Made by a program: the position numbers and the translations under genes
The notes under the pieces: generated by a model
Seen by the model: only the letters and a program-made list of their open reading frames with translations
What the model was told of the DNA's origin: nothing
Database searches by the model: none
Shown here: one piece after another, positions 24,801 through 39,299 of the stretch
Position numbering within the stretch: position 1 is the stretch's first letter
Layout: the number at the start of each line of letters is the position of its first letter
NCBI RefSeq assembly: GCF_001194135.2
Contig: NC_068984.1
Location: forward strand, 23,422,742-23,486,741
DNA from: Octopus bimaculoides
Taxonomy: Eukaryota
Reading direction: 5' to 3'
DNA: 64,000 bases

Positions 24801-27800
24801 CTCCAGCATGGCCACAGTCAAATGACTGAAACTAGTAAAAGAGTAAAAGAGTAAAAGAATTAATTTCAGGAAAATATTTACATGCTTACAGGAAAATCAA
24901 ATTTTTGCTTGCCCACAAATTAATTATTTTGTGGAACACTGTCAAAGAAAATTCTACACATCAAAGAATGCTAGGTGCAGCAGCATACTCCATGCTACAT
25001 ATTCCTCTTGTAGGTGTCTCATTAAGAAAACGTATGCTGTGTGGATGGGTGTGTGGGTATGTGTTGGTTTGTATATACACAGGGTGCGATGGGTAAATTG
25101 TCGCCATTTTATATTTTTAATTTCACGCATGTGCATTGTTTGTATTTGATTTTGTCAACTACACAGTATAGTAGGGTCAGCTGGACACTGTCTGTGAGAA
25201 AAATAGCACCATGACGCAATTCACTCGCCCAGGAATTTGGAAATGACATGCTGTACTGCTTGGCATTCGCCTCTGAAGCTCCAATACAAGCATTTCAGAG
25301 TGTTTGGGTGTCAATCTGAAGACAGGGCAATCTAAGGACATGTACTGAGAGTGATTAAAATCAAACATCCAGTCAACATTATGGTGTTTGGAGTGATCAC
25401 TAGTGATGGCGACGTTAAGCCTCCATTCATCTCCCCACATGGCCTCAGACTCAACACGGCGGTCTACATCAAGTGTCTGGAGGAGGTAGTGCTGCCTTGG
25501 GTCAAGAGGTTGGTTGCTGGAAGACCCTTTGTCTGGCAACAGGACTCTGTACCATGCCACACAAGCAGGAGAACCCAGTTATGGCTGTCAGGCAATTTCT
25601 ATGACCACATCAACCCTAACACCTGGCCACTCCCCAGACTGCAACCCCTTTGATTATTATGTGTGGGGAACAGTTGAGTGAGAGACCAACAAAACTCCTT
25701 GTAACACCAAAGATGAACTGAAGGCAAGGATTATGGCAACATTCACCAACTTAAACAAGGAGACCATCCAAAAGAGTTGCAGGAGATTCCAAAGTCATTT
25801 GGAGGCCATGGTTGAAGCCAGGTACCTCTACTAGTATATATGTATATGTATANNNNNNNNNNNNNNNNNNNNNNNNNNNNNNNNNNNNNNNNNNNNNNNN
25901 NNNNNNNNNNNNNNNNNNNNNNNNNNNNNNNNNNNNNNNNNNNNNNNNNNNNNNNNNNNNNNNNNNNNNNNNNNNNNNNNNNNNNNNNNNNNNNNNNNNN
26001 NNNNNNNNNNNNNNNNNNNNNNNNNNNNNNNNNNNNNNNNNNNNNNNNNNNNNNNNNNNNNNNNNNNNNNNNNNNNNNNNNNNNNNNNNNNNNNNNNNNN
26101 NNNNNNNNNNNNNNNNNNNNNNNNNNNNNNNNNNNNNNNNNNNNNNNNNNNNNNNNNNNNNNNNNNNNNNNNNNNNNNNNNNNNNNNNNNNNNNNNNNNN
26201 NNNNNNNNNNNNNNNNNNNNNNNNNNNNNNNNNNNNNNNNNNNNNNNNNNNNNNNNNNNNNNNNNNNNNNNNNNNNNNNNNNNNNNNNNNNNNNNNNNNN
26301 NNNNNNNNNNNNNNNNNNNNNNNNNNNNNNNNNNNNNNNNNNNNNNNNNNNNNNNNNNNNNNNNNNNNNNNNNNNNNNNNNNNNNNNNNNNNNNNNNNNN
26401 NNNNNNNNNNNNNNNNNNNNNNNNNNNNNNNNNNNNNNNNNNNNNNNNNNNNNNNNNNNNNNNNNNNNNNNNNNNNNNNNNNNNNNNNNNNNNNNNNNNN
26501 NNNNNNNNNNNNNNNNNNNNNNNNNNNNNNNNATATATATATATATATATACACATGCACTTGCGTGTTTGTTTACATTTACACTTCTCTAAAGTGCTGA
26601 GCTACATGTAATGACATTATTGACATTACACATCTGCTGGCTTTGCACCTGCGTAAACATGGAACAAGAGACTCTTTCCTACCACAAATCCAAAATGCAT
26701 CGCATATAGGCTAATTATGTTCCTTATCAGTTGATGAGGAACATAATTAGTTTACATAACCTGGTCCATCAGCTCAGTAATTTCCTTTCTCAAAATCAAA
26801 AGAGAAATAAAATACAATGGATGCACTCATGAAAAGAACTAAAAAAAAGGCATGGGAGCAATGTTTAATGGATTCACTATTAACAATCATGAAGGTAAAC
26901 ATTTAATGAATGGAATAAAAGAAGCAACACAGAAGCACGTTAACAGATCCATGCATGTATATAGATATACAGGTCATTGTTAGTAGTGTGGGAAGACGGG
27001 CAACAGGAAAAATTTGTAGTGTGACTAATGTTTGTTATGAAGTCATCTCAAAATCATGCTTTTTTATGTGATTTCCAGTTGTATAATAGGGTTTTAGCAA
27101 ATAAATAAATAGTTAAATAATGGTAGTTTTCTGTGGTGCAGAGTTTGCAGGGATTATCAGTATAACATCTACAGTACCACTATAGTGATATGTGTACACT
27201 CACATACAGTATATAAGCAAAGGCACACACTTGGACACACACATACACACATAAACATCGATACATACACACACACACACACACACACACGTGCATATAT
27301 ACATACACACACGATGACTACAACTCAGTTTCAATCATTGCCATTACTTGATTGTTTTTATAAATATGAGCAGTGTGGAGGTGACTTTTCAGTCCTACTA
27401 AGGACTGAAATAAATAAATAAATGTTAATTAAAATTGTGTAAAAAAAAAAAAAACATTGTAATCTCAATAGACAGAAATTTACATATCTTTTGAAAGAGA
27501 TTAACTCTTTCATCTTCTTGCATAAAAAGTTTAAGACCAATGATAGCTCAGTTACATTGTGTTTAAAGACTAATTATTCATATTTGAATTATCAAGTGTA
27601 TTATCAATTGTATTTCAATTTTTTTTTTAAGACAAAGAAAAGAAAAATTCAGTAGAGAGATATCCACTCACCATCTGTGATGTGGAGGACATTTTCATAC
27701 ATCAACTGGAACCATGTCAGCAGTCCAATGGAGATTGTAATGAGAGCTGAGAGAAATATTCTAGTGTAGTTCACAAACATGTCTGATAACCTGTGGGTAT

Positions 27801-27939
27801 TATATAAAACAAAACTGTATTAGGCCAAAAATTACTGAGATGATGGAAAAGAAAAATACCAGTGACAAACACAAGAATACATACATACATATACCATCAC
27901 CATCATCATCATCATCATCATCATCATTTAACATCTTTT

Positions 27940-27974
<35 letters not shown>

Positions 27975-30900
27975 TTTTGACAGCACCGCATGACTGGCAT
28001 CCGTGCTAATGGAGCGCTAAGAGCATATCCGAGCATGATTGTTGCCAGGGCCGCTAACTGGCCCCCGTGCCGGTGGCACGTAAAAAGCACCATTCGAGCA
28101 TGATCGTTACCAGTGTCGCTTTACCGGCACTTGTGCACGTGGTATGTGAAAAACAACATTCAAGTGAGGACGTTGCCAGTGCCGCTGGACTGGCTCCTGT
28201 GCAGGTGGCATGTAAAATACACCATTTTGAGTGTGGCCGTTGCCAGTACCGCTGACTGGCCTTCGTGCTGGTGGCACGTAAAAGCACCCACTACACTCTC
28301 GGAGTGGCTGGCGTTAGGAAGGGCATCCAGCTGTAGAAACTTTGCCAAATCAGATTGGAGCCTGGTGTAGCCATCTGGTTCACCAGTCCTCAGTCAAATC
28401 ATCCAACCCATGCTAGCATGGAAAGCGGACGTTAAACGATGATGATGATGATGATATATATGTATATACATATAAATATATATCATCATCATCACCATTT
28501 AATGTATGTCATCCATGCTGGCATGGGTTGGATGGTTTGACAAGATCCAGTGAGCTAGAGGACTGAGTCAAGCTGCAACGTCTCTTTTGGCATATGGCTA
28601 CACATCTTTCCTAATACCAACCACTTTACAGAGTGTACTAGATGCGTTTTTTCATGACATCAATACTAGTGAGGTTGCAAAATAACTTGTAAGACAAAGA
28701 AGAACCTCAATTGAATGGGATTGTAATAGAGGGGGAAGTGGCTTTATGCCAAATGATGAGAGGCAAATGTATGATAGAGGGACAGGCAAGATGTCTTGTT
28801 ATAGAAGAAATACCTGGCTACATCACATTATATAGGAGTGAGGGAAAGTAGGTAGAAAGAAGATAAAGATGTCGGTGACAAAGTGTTAGAGTATGCTCTC
28901 AAGGTATAAGAAGGTGAGTATAAGAGTGAATATGGATAGATCAAGAAGGATAGGTAGATAAGTTTGTAGGAGTGCGAGGGTAGTGATAAGTGGTTAGAGA
29001 TGGGTTAGAGGTTAATGTAGTGAATGATGTACAAGAGTGGAGATGTAGTTGATGGTAAATATCTATGTGGAGGAGAAGGTAAAAGAAATAGTTCAAGAAT
29101 GAAAAGGTGGCATGTGGCAGTACAGAAAGGGTAGAGAGCAGCCACATAATAAGCTTGTAGACAGATCAGAAAATAAGGAGATACTGTGCAGGGTGGGAGA
29201 TTGGGGAGAGAGAGAGAGATATACAGGGACAGAAATGAAGGTCAGATGTACATAGTAGTGGCTAGAGTGAAAGATAGTAACCAAATCTCATTCAAATCAT
29301 ACTCTCCTGTAATTTTGTTTTTTTAAATGTAGAAGACCATAATGTAGTTCCAAATAAACATAGTCATGGCTAGGAAACCTGTCATGGTGAACTGAGACCA
29401 AAACATAACAACAACAAGAAATAAATGTTTTTGACACAACCACCACACTTGAATAGCTGAAAGAGAATGTCAGACCTCAGCAGATTTTATCTTAGAAGTA
29501 CAAGGGACAAAACTAAATATAATACAGTATTTAGCTCAATGTATTGCCATCTCAGTTGTCTGTATTAGCTCAAAATCTTCCTCCTATTGACTTTTTCCGG
29601 TTAGGCTTAAGACACGTTTTTGAAAGGTCAATATTTGTATAGTTGATTGAAAGAACTTTCCAGTTCATATTTTTATTGATACTAGAGAGGAAAGAGACAA
29701 CATGGAATTTCTCTTAAAATATTAGTTACTGAAAGTCTTCAGTGTCCTTGATGTCTCCCTTCACTCCATAACTAGTGAGGTTGATGAGGTTTATTTACCA
29801 TTTTTTGTTTTTTCTTTAATGGTTATTTTTGAGAGAAATTGTTACTTAAACCCAGGTTAGACTTTGCTAAGCAGATATATATATAATCAAATGCATTTTA
29901 TCTGTGATCTAAAACTATCCTGTCTTGACAGACAGTTCATCTCTGATTATGTCATCAAATAAGTCCTTCCAATTTAAAGATAACTGAGTGTGATCTGAAG
30001 GAGATTTAACTGCAATTTTCAGATGGTCAAGTAACTGTTTAGAAGTTCATGGACAGGGAGAAATCTGGGGAGGTGAGTTGGGAAAAATATTTGATAGTCT
30101 GTCTTGTGGTTGAAAAACAGACTGAACTATGATGATGCATCTTGTCAGTTTGGGTGGGAGCATTATGCCAAAAATCCTATCTAGTTACTAAATTCTTGCA
30201 ACAACAGCTGAACCATGGTTCCCTGAAGAAGTTTAATAATACTGAAATATATTTAGAGTTGTCATTGCACTGTCAAAGACCAAACTCACTCATCTCTGTA
30301 TTCTGTATTTAATTATATTTAATTTAAATTCCAAGCTTCTCTTCCTTGCCTGTGTTTTTTCTACATTATTCTATAATTGTTAGTAGGTTCAAAAGTACGT
30401 AGACCATTGCAGTAGTTGTAGAAACAAGATAGGAGGGTGCAGTCTGCTAGGAAGACAGCAGTTATGGTATTAACCAACCTACTGATAGATCCTAATTCAA
30501 ATCAATTGTTAGAAGTTCATTACTATGAATTGAGACACTTATATAACTCAGTTCATCCAACTTCTGCGAAGAAGTATCAGAATACATTCAAATCCTGTCT
30601 GTAGTTAGCAAGCAGTGAATTTATCCTTCATCCACAAAACACTAAAGCATTAAAGATAAGTAACAGCTTTTGCATCTTAATATTGCATCTAAGGCCTAGT
30701 CTTTACAAGTCTTTTGAAGCTCATGGATACATGCACAATCTTCCATCCATCCATTTCCACTGCCCACTATTCTTGAAAAGTTGTGAAGATAGACTCTTCA
30801 GACTCCTCTTCCATAGGATCCTGTCAAAAACAAGCCATCGTTAAACTTTCTTGCTGGATTCCCAAGCATGACCAACTGAGACTAAGGATACTATCCAACC

Positions 30901-32229
30901 ATCTCCTTCATGGTCTACCTCCAGATCTCTTCCAGCTGGCTCAACTTGGGGAATCTGTCCTGTGATTCTTTCCAGCACAATCTTGGGACTGTACTTGAAA
31001 CCATGTGGTTCGGAAGCAAACTTCTTACTATCCATCCTTGCCTACACCTACTATTTTTCTCCCATCAGTTATTCAATTGTATAGCAGTTTATCTTGGCTG
31101 GTCCTACCACAGTTATTCTTGCTTAACTCCAAGTAATAAACTCCAACTGAGTTAATCTTTGATCAAAGTCATTCCAGCCTTGACCAAGCCAGCGTTCGTT
31201 CCCAAGACAACATTATACAATACATCCTTACCATTTTTTAAAACTGTTGGGTGTGATTTGAAGAAAATTTGATATACCAACCATAACCACCTCACCTGTC
31301 TTTTTTTTTTCAGACAGTGTATATCTAGAACTACATTATTCAAGTTTTCTTTTTTTTAATGACAAGACCGTGTATGATACAAGAGCAATTTGGCACTCAG
31401 GTATAATAATTCAGTCTTTCACTTTTTCCTTTTGCCAGACACAGTGCATCTAGAACTATGTTATTCAAAGTGTCCCTTCTTTTTTTTAAATAGTTCAGTA
31501 TGAATGAGATTTGGCTGGTATTCCTAGCAAACTGAGAAACTATAGCCATGCAGGTGCTTCCTCATTGACACATACTGCAAGATTTTAATGCAGAGGAAGT
31601 ATGTTGTAAATTTCAGCCAGTATGAAGGTTGGATTATCATCAGATTAAGACAGGTTGTCAAAACACACTGATCAACAATCTTTCAAGTTGTCCAAACTGA
31701 CAGCTGTAAAACTGGAGCAAGCTATGATAAATATTACATAGGTCAATACCATCACATCCATTAACAAATGGTTGTCACTAGAAATAAATAGAAATATAAA
31801 CTACTGACATTCTGAGAGAATATTGACACTGCTGACCTATAATTGTTTTCTGCATCAGAAGGTTCACATTGCCTTGAGACTTGAGAAAATAGGTAATCTA
31901 TTTGTATTACTAGCAGTATTTAGTATTAATAATGTGAGCTGGATGTGTAGAGGTGATGAGGTGACAAAAATAGTGCAACATTGAATTAAATATCTAACCA
32001 ACTCCCCTTCCAAACCTAAGTTCAAATTCTGTAGTAGATGACTCTGACTTTATTTTTCTACTTCAGACATGGCTGTGTGGTAGGAAGTTTGCTTCTCAAC
32101 GATATGGTTCCAGGTTCATTCCCATTGTGTGGAACCTTGAGGAAGTGTTTTCTACTATATATCTCCAGGCCAACCAAAGCCTTGAGAGTGAGTTAGGTTA
32201 ATGGAAATTGAAAGAAGCCCATTATGTGC

Positions 32230-32308
<79 letters not shown>

Positions 32309-34484
32309 GTTGTTTTATTTCCGGTCTTGAAAAACATGTCTAGCTATGGAAAAGTAATATCTTGCTAGGAAACAATTGAGTGTTGACAGTTGAAAATACA
32401 TCTGCACGTCAAAAATCTGCCTCAACAAATTCAATCTGATCCATGGAAGTATAGAAAAGTGGATATTAAAAGATAATGACGAATATAAGCCAAACACAGA
32501 GGAGATTTGGCTGCTATGAAAACTGAAAGAAACCCATCATGTAGGAGTGGCTGTGAGGTAAGTAGCTTGCTTACCAACCACATGATTCCGGGTTCAGTCC
32601 CACTGCGTGGCACCTTGGGCAAGTGTCTTCTTCTTCTATAGCCTTGGGCCGACTAAAGCCTTGTGAGTAGATTTGGAAGATGGAAACTGAAAGAAGCTCG
32701 TTGTATATATGTATGTATGTATGTATATATATGTATATGTATGTGTGTATGTGTATGTGTATGCATGTGTTTGTGTGTCTGTGTTTGTCCCCCCACCCCC
32801 ACCATTGCTTGACAACCGATGTTGGTGTGTTTATGTCTCCATAACTAAGCAGTACAGCAAAAGAGACCGATAGAATAAGTACTAGGCTTAGAAAGAATAA
32901 GTCCTGGGGTCGATTTGCTCGACTAAAGGCGGTGCTCCAGCATGACTGCAGTCAAATGACTGAAACAAATAAAAGAATAAAAGAATAAAAGAACACATAA
33001 ATATATGACATAGGATGAGGTGATAAAGCATGATCTTTGAACATTGGGACTCACAGAGGCAATAACAAGTGACAGATTTTTGGCAATATGCCATGCTTGA
33101 GAAGACCCATCAAGCTAAGTGAAATTACAGTCATGGCCAATACCAATGTCATGTAATTGGCACTTGTGCCGGTGGCATGTAAAAAGCACCCTTCAAACGT
33201 TGGGCAATATGGTGTGCTTGAAAAGTGCCGTCAAGCCAAGTGAAATCATATTCGTGGCCATTGCCAGTGTTGCATACCTGGTACTTATGTTAATGGCACA
33301 TGAAAAGCACACTCTGAACTTTGGGCCTCACGGAGGCAGTGACAAGTAACCAAGACCTTTGGCAATATACTATGCTTAGGAAAACCTGTCAAGCTAAGCG
33401 AGATTGTAGTTTTGGCTGATGCTAATGTTTCATAACTGGCACCCCTGCTGGTGGCACATAAAAAGTACCCACTAAGTTCTTGGAGTGATTGGCGTTAGGA
33501 AGGGCATCCAGCAGTAGAAACCATGCCAAATCAGATTGGAACCTTGTGCAGCTCCCCAGCTTACCAGTTTTCAGTCAAACTGTCCAACCCATGCCAGCAT
33601 GGAAAACAGACGTTAAATGCTGATGATGATGATGTGTGTGTGTATTGGTGTATGTCTGCGCTTGCGTGCGTGTGTCTGTCTGTCTGTTTGTGTCTGTGTG
33701 CCCGTGTTCGTCCCCTACCACCACTTGACAACCCGTGTTGATGTGCTAATGCCCCCTATACTGGGGTTGATTCTTTTGACTAAAATTCTTCAAAGCGGTG
33801 CCCCAGCATGGCTGCAGTCAAAAAGCAGAAACAAATAAATGATGAAAGATGACCATTCAGAGCAAGATATCTTTAAGAGATTTCTCTCTGAATTGTAATC
33901 TTTTTTTAAAAGAGAAACAAATACCTTACTTTGCCAGGACTAGTGATCCCAAACAGCTACCAATTCCAATGTAAATGGAAAATATTCCAACACTTTTCTG
34001 CAGATGAAAAACAAAATATCTTTGGAGATTATTATGCAGTAACAAAATCTACAAAATATAGGCGCAGGAGTGGCTGTGTGGTAAGTAGCTTGCTTACCAA
34101 CCACATGGTTCTGAGTTCAGTCCCACTGCGTGGCACCTTGGGCAAGTGTCTTCTACAATAGCGTCGGGTCGACCAAAGCCTTGTGAGTGGATTTGGTAGA
34201 CGGAAAATGAAAGAAGCCCATCGTATGTATGTATATANNNNNNNNNNNNNNNNNNNNNNNNNNNNNNNNNNNNNNNNNNNNNNNNNNNNNNNNNNNNNNN
34301 NNNNNNNNNNNNNNNNNNNNNNNNNNNNNNNNNNNNNNNNNNNNNNNNNNNNNNNNNNNNNNNNNNNNNNNNNNNNNNNNNNNNNNNNNNNNNNNNNNNN
34401 NNNNNNNNNNNNNNNNNNNNNNNNNNNNNNNNNNNNNNNNNNNNNNNNNNNNNNNNNNNNNNNNNNNNNNNNNNNNNNNNNNNN

Positions 34485-34533
<49 letters not shown>

Positions 34534-37500
34534 GTCTGTGTGTCTGTGTTTGTCCCCCCAAAATCACTTGACAACTGATGCTGGTGTGTTTATGTCCCCA
34601 TAACTTAGCGGTTCAGCAAAAAGAGCCCAATAGAATAAGTACTAGGCTTCCAAAGAATAAGTCCTGAGGTCGATTTGCTCGACTAAAGGCGGTGCTCCAG
34701 CATGGCCACGGTCAAATGACTGAAACAAGTAAAAGAGTATAAGAAGCATGTTGTTGTATTCATTAATCAGAGACTACACTATTCACTTGAGTGTACAGCT
34801 CAAATTTCACCATTATAGTATAGCACTTACAACAGACTCATCATCATATTTTAGGTAGTGAATATTCTATGATCATTTTCTATGGTTTATAAAGACATTC
34901 TACATTGCAGTGAATTGCCATTCTGGGTTACAATGTTAGAAGTTGTTTGATATGAGATCACATATACAGTAATACCTCACTTTATGAGGACCAGCTTTAC
35001 ACGACCCTAGGTTTATGAGTTTTATTTTTCAAGCACAAGATCCAAATTTTGAACAAAGTGCAAGTTACTACTGCCATAACAAATGCTTCTGCATGTTACC
35101 AAGAAATTTATAGAGAGTGGAAAAATGTTTCTAATCAAACAACTCGAGACTTGTTTTTTAATAAGAAATCTACAAGTCCGTCTATGAGTGCTTGTGAATT
35201 GATGATTACATCCACAAGTGATGGTATGCATGAGTTTAGTGTGAGTTTCACTGCCATGCAGCATAGCTGTGTGTACACAGGCATCATACAATCTGCCTTT
35301 CAGTCTGAGGGAGAGGCCTTTAATTACAAACAAAGGTAAAAGCTCTCTGAACTTTGCCCAGCCTGTTCTTATTCTAGCAACTGTGGTTTCAGAACTTCCT
35401 TCTCCACTGCTAACTTGGTCACCTAGGCAACACAAGTTATCTACTACTTCTAATGAACCCCCTCAGTGTTTGAGGAAGTCTGGTGATTATTGTATCTGCA
35501 CATTTCACACACACATATACGTATGTGTATACATATATANNNNNNNNNNNNNNNNNNNNNNNNNNNNNNNNNNNNNNNNNNNNNNNNNNNNNNNNNNNNN
35601 NNNNNNNNNNNNNNNNNNNNNNNNNNNNNNNNNNNNNNNNNNNNNNNNNNNNNNNNNNNNNNNNNNNNNNNNNNNNNNNNNNNNNNNNNNNNNNNNNNNN
35701 NNNNNNNNNNNNNNNNNNNNNNNNNNNNNNNNNNNNNNNNNNNNNNNNNNNNNNNNNNNNNNNNNNNNNNNNNNNNNNNNNNNNNNNNNNNNNNNNNNNN
35801 NNNNNNNNNNNNNNNNNNNNNNNNNNNNNNNNNNNNNNNNNNNNNNNNNNNNNNNNNNNNNNNNNNNNNNNNNNNNNNNNNNNNNNNNNNATATATATAT
35901 ATATATACACAATAAAAAGTAAACACAAATAGCATTTACAAATTCTAAATGCCATTTGTGCTTACTTTTAATACCTAGGCACACCAAGGACCCATTAGTA
36001 AGTCAGGTCTACATGCCAGGATGTAAGATAGATGTTAAATGATGATGATGATGATATTTGCTACTCCCTTATTTATTTTGATGGAGACTGTTGTGTTGAC
36101 GCCCCCAAGCGAAGAAGTAGGATCTCCCAAGACATATAAATAGAGGTAGTCTGGTCCTGGTAAGTGTTGAGTAGCAGTTGAGTAGCAGTTAAGTAGCAGT
36201 CGAGTAGCAGTTGTGTAGCGGTTGAGTAGAGATCATCCGAAGGTGCTAGATAGCAGTAGATTGAGACATAACAGAGACAAACTCCAAATTTGATCAGGAT
36301 ATCCTGTTTTGCATAATCCAAATGAAAGAAAAGAGTTTTGTCTACTTTGAGATAATAAAGCATCAAAATTCTCTAAGCTCTCAAGAGTTACTAAGAAAGG
36401 TATTTTGACAGGTTACACTAGCATAACACATATTCCAGAGAGTAGAAATAACAAACTAAAACAAAAGACAGCACCTGCCCAAGGCACAAAATGCCTTGAC
36501 TTGGTAGAGCAGTGAAAGCACACAATAAAAATAAGACTTCTCAAATAAAAAGAATTGATAATTTTACCTGTGAAATATTATGAGGTTTTAAATTGATATA
36601 GATGACTGCTAACCAGCTGGAAATGACACCAGAGCAAAGTGTATAAATAGCAGCCAACATCCAGAATCTGTAATTCCTGAAAAAGGTAAATAAATAATAG
36701 AAAAAAGACATCAGTTAGATATATTTGTTCATGTTTAGATATAATAAAGGAGCATTGCAATACTAGTTATGGTAATAAATATAAATAAGTTATACTGTCT
36801 GCAGTCATAAATACTGTAAATTGGTTGGCAATTAAGTATAGGTGACACAGAGTCAGTATTAGTCTTTAGTATTGTTGAGATCATAACAACTTCTCTTCTG
36901 CTGTTGTCATAGTAAAATGTTCCCAGTATATTCTGTAAAGCGATTGGCAAATGAGCAGAGATAATGTAAGGTCAAAAGAACCTGTTAGTCCTACTTTATT
37001 GAGGACTTAATCTTTTCTAGTGCTGGTGCCATGATAAAAAGTATTCAGTACACTCATTTTGTTAAGGTTATTTCTACAGATATTCTATAGAACTCATAGC
37101 CAGCACTGACTTTTGCTACAACGTTTCATATCGAGACGTCAGATGTAAACAGACAATGTGATCAAAGACAAAAGTGGGTAATGAGTGTATATGCCATATT
37201 TTGGGGGTTGTTGCCCCTCCTTCAGCACTCACTTAACCCATTCTCACCCCTGAACACATTGCTTATATGACCACCGCATACAGTAGTGTTAAGTTATTGG
37301 ATATACCAATTTACATATTAGACGCATTCCTGGAGGCTGGTATGTAATTATTAAAGATTTCTAGGTACATGGTACTTAGAAATTTTTAATAATATACTAT
37401 AAGGTATACTGTAAGGTATACTAAGTTTCCATGAATAATATGTAAATTGGTATATCCATGATGAAGTACCACGTACATACAAATCTTTAATGTTTACATA

Positions 37501-39262
37501 CCACACCCAGGAATGCGTCTAATATGTAAGTTGGTGTATCCAATAACTTAACACTACTGTATGCGATGGCTATATAAGCAATGAGTTAGGATGCAATAGT
37601 GGATTAGATGAGTGCCGAAGACGAGGCAACAACCCCTGAAATATGGCATATACACTCATTACCCACTTTTGTCTCTGATCACATTGTCTGTTTACATCTG
37701 ACATCTCAATATGAAATGTTGTAGCAAAAATCAGTGCTGGTTATAATTTCCATAGAATATCTGTAGAAATAACCGTAACAAAATAATGTAAGAAGACTGC
37801 TGATGCAATAGAACATAGTACTGACCTATGAAAGCATAATATACCTTATAGTATATTGTATTTGCATAGCGAAGTACCACACACCAACAAATCTCTAATC
37901 TGCGCACTCAGTAAAGTAGTTGATATTAAGAAAGGCATCTAGCCTTAGAAACCTTGCCAAATACTGGGACATGCAATTGAAATGTGGTCCTTCAACCTAT
38001 CTAGGAGGGACGTAACCCCCTTATAAGAACTGACTCAGATTATGATGACCTCTCCAGCTCAAGCCAAAACAGAAAGTAGACATAAAAAGACAACAATGAT
38101 GATGATGACAATAATGAGATGATGACAATAATGAGATGATGACAATAATGAGATGATATATTACTGTTTATAGTATTACTTACTGACTATCCAAACGTCG
38201 TAAGCAATGGAGTGCCAACAACAACAATATTGGTAGAATAAAAACCAAACTATATTTCAAACAACACTCTGCTTAGCTCTACTCTATCAAGTTATCAAAA
38301 CTTGTATCATTAATAGTTCTGTTGGCAGGCAAATAAAAGCAAGGGCTATCTAGTGTTTTGTTCTGAACACTGAACAATGCGTGATTTCATATGAACTGAC
38401 ACCTTCCTACTGAATATGCCAAACTTATCTATTGTAACTGCTTACAATTAAAAAGAAGATTGTTAACTCTATTAAAATTACATTAATATATAGTTTCAAT
38501 AATTAATATATCAATATATTACATTAATAAATAGTTTCAAATTTTTTTTTAAATTGGCATTATGGTAGCATACCTTCTTCGTGAGAATGAGTAGTATAAA
38601 TGAACCATAAGAGAGTGTTATACACTCAGAAAAGAGTTAACCCATAGAAACAACTAAATAAAATCTTACTTCATTAGATTCGTGATGCCTTCTGTGAAGT
38701 TTAATCTTTCCATTCTTGCTGACATTGTGGGAGGTGATGGTGGTTTATTAGGAAAGTAGATAACAACCAGAAAGAAAATGACTGCAGACATTCCAAACTC
38801 TTCAAAATAGGATACAGAACAAAGAAACAGAGCATTATTACTTTCTTTCCATTATATTTTTTGCCGTTGTCATCGTCATTACTAAGTGAATGGTTTGAAG
38901 CCAAGACTATTTCAACCGAAGTACCCACTTGGTCATGTAACTAATTTGTAACTTGTAGCACACATAGCAGGGGAGACAATTCTGCTGGCAACAGTTAGCT
39001 GTTGCAGAATGAACAGAAGTGGACAACACACGGAGAAAATGGAGACTGAAGAACTATTAGAGATGAGAAAGAATTGTCAAGATGAAATGGTACTGGATTT
39101 AGATATATAATGGTAAGTTATATCAGCCCATACAGAAATGTTAATACTGATCACTAACAAAGACACAAGGCTTCAAATTTGGGGATAGGTATAATTATAT
39201 TAACACCATCCAAATTACGAGTGCCAATCAGGTGGTACTGTCATCAGCCACATCAGCAATTT

Positions 39263-39299
<37 letters not shown>

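Larger units (their letters stand above)
37056..37784. mobile_element. Inverted repeat of Penelope-like pseudo-LTR fragments, each with a minimal hammerhead motif
   Basis: Arms at about 37056-37370 and 37470-37784 are diverged reverse complements. Hammerhead motifs lie at 37180-37233 (-) and 37607-37660 (+). Confidence 0.7.
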
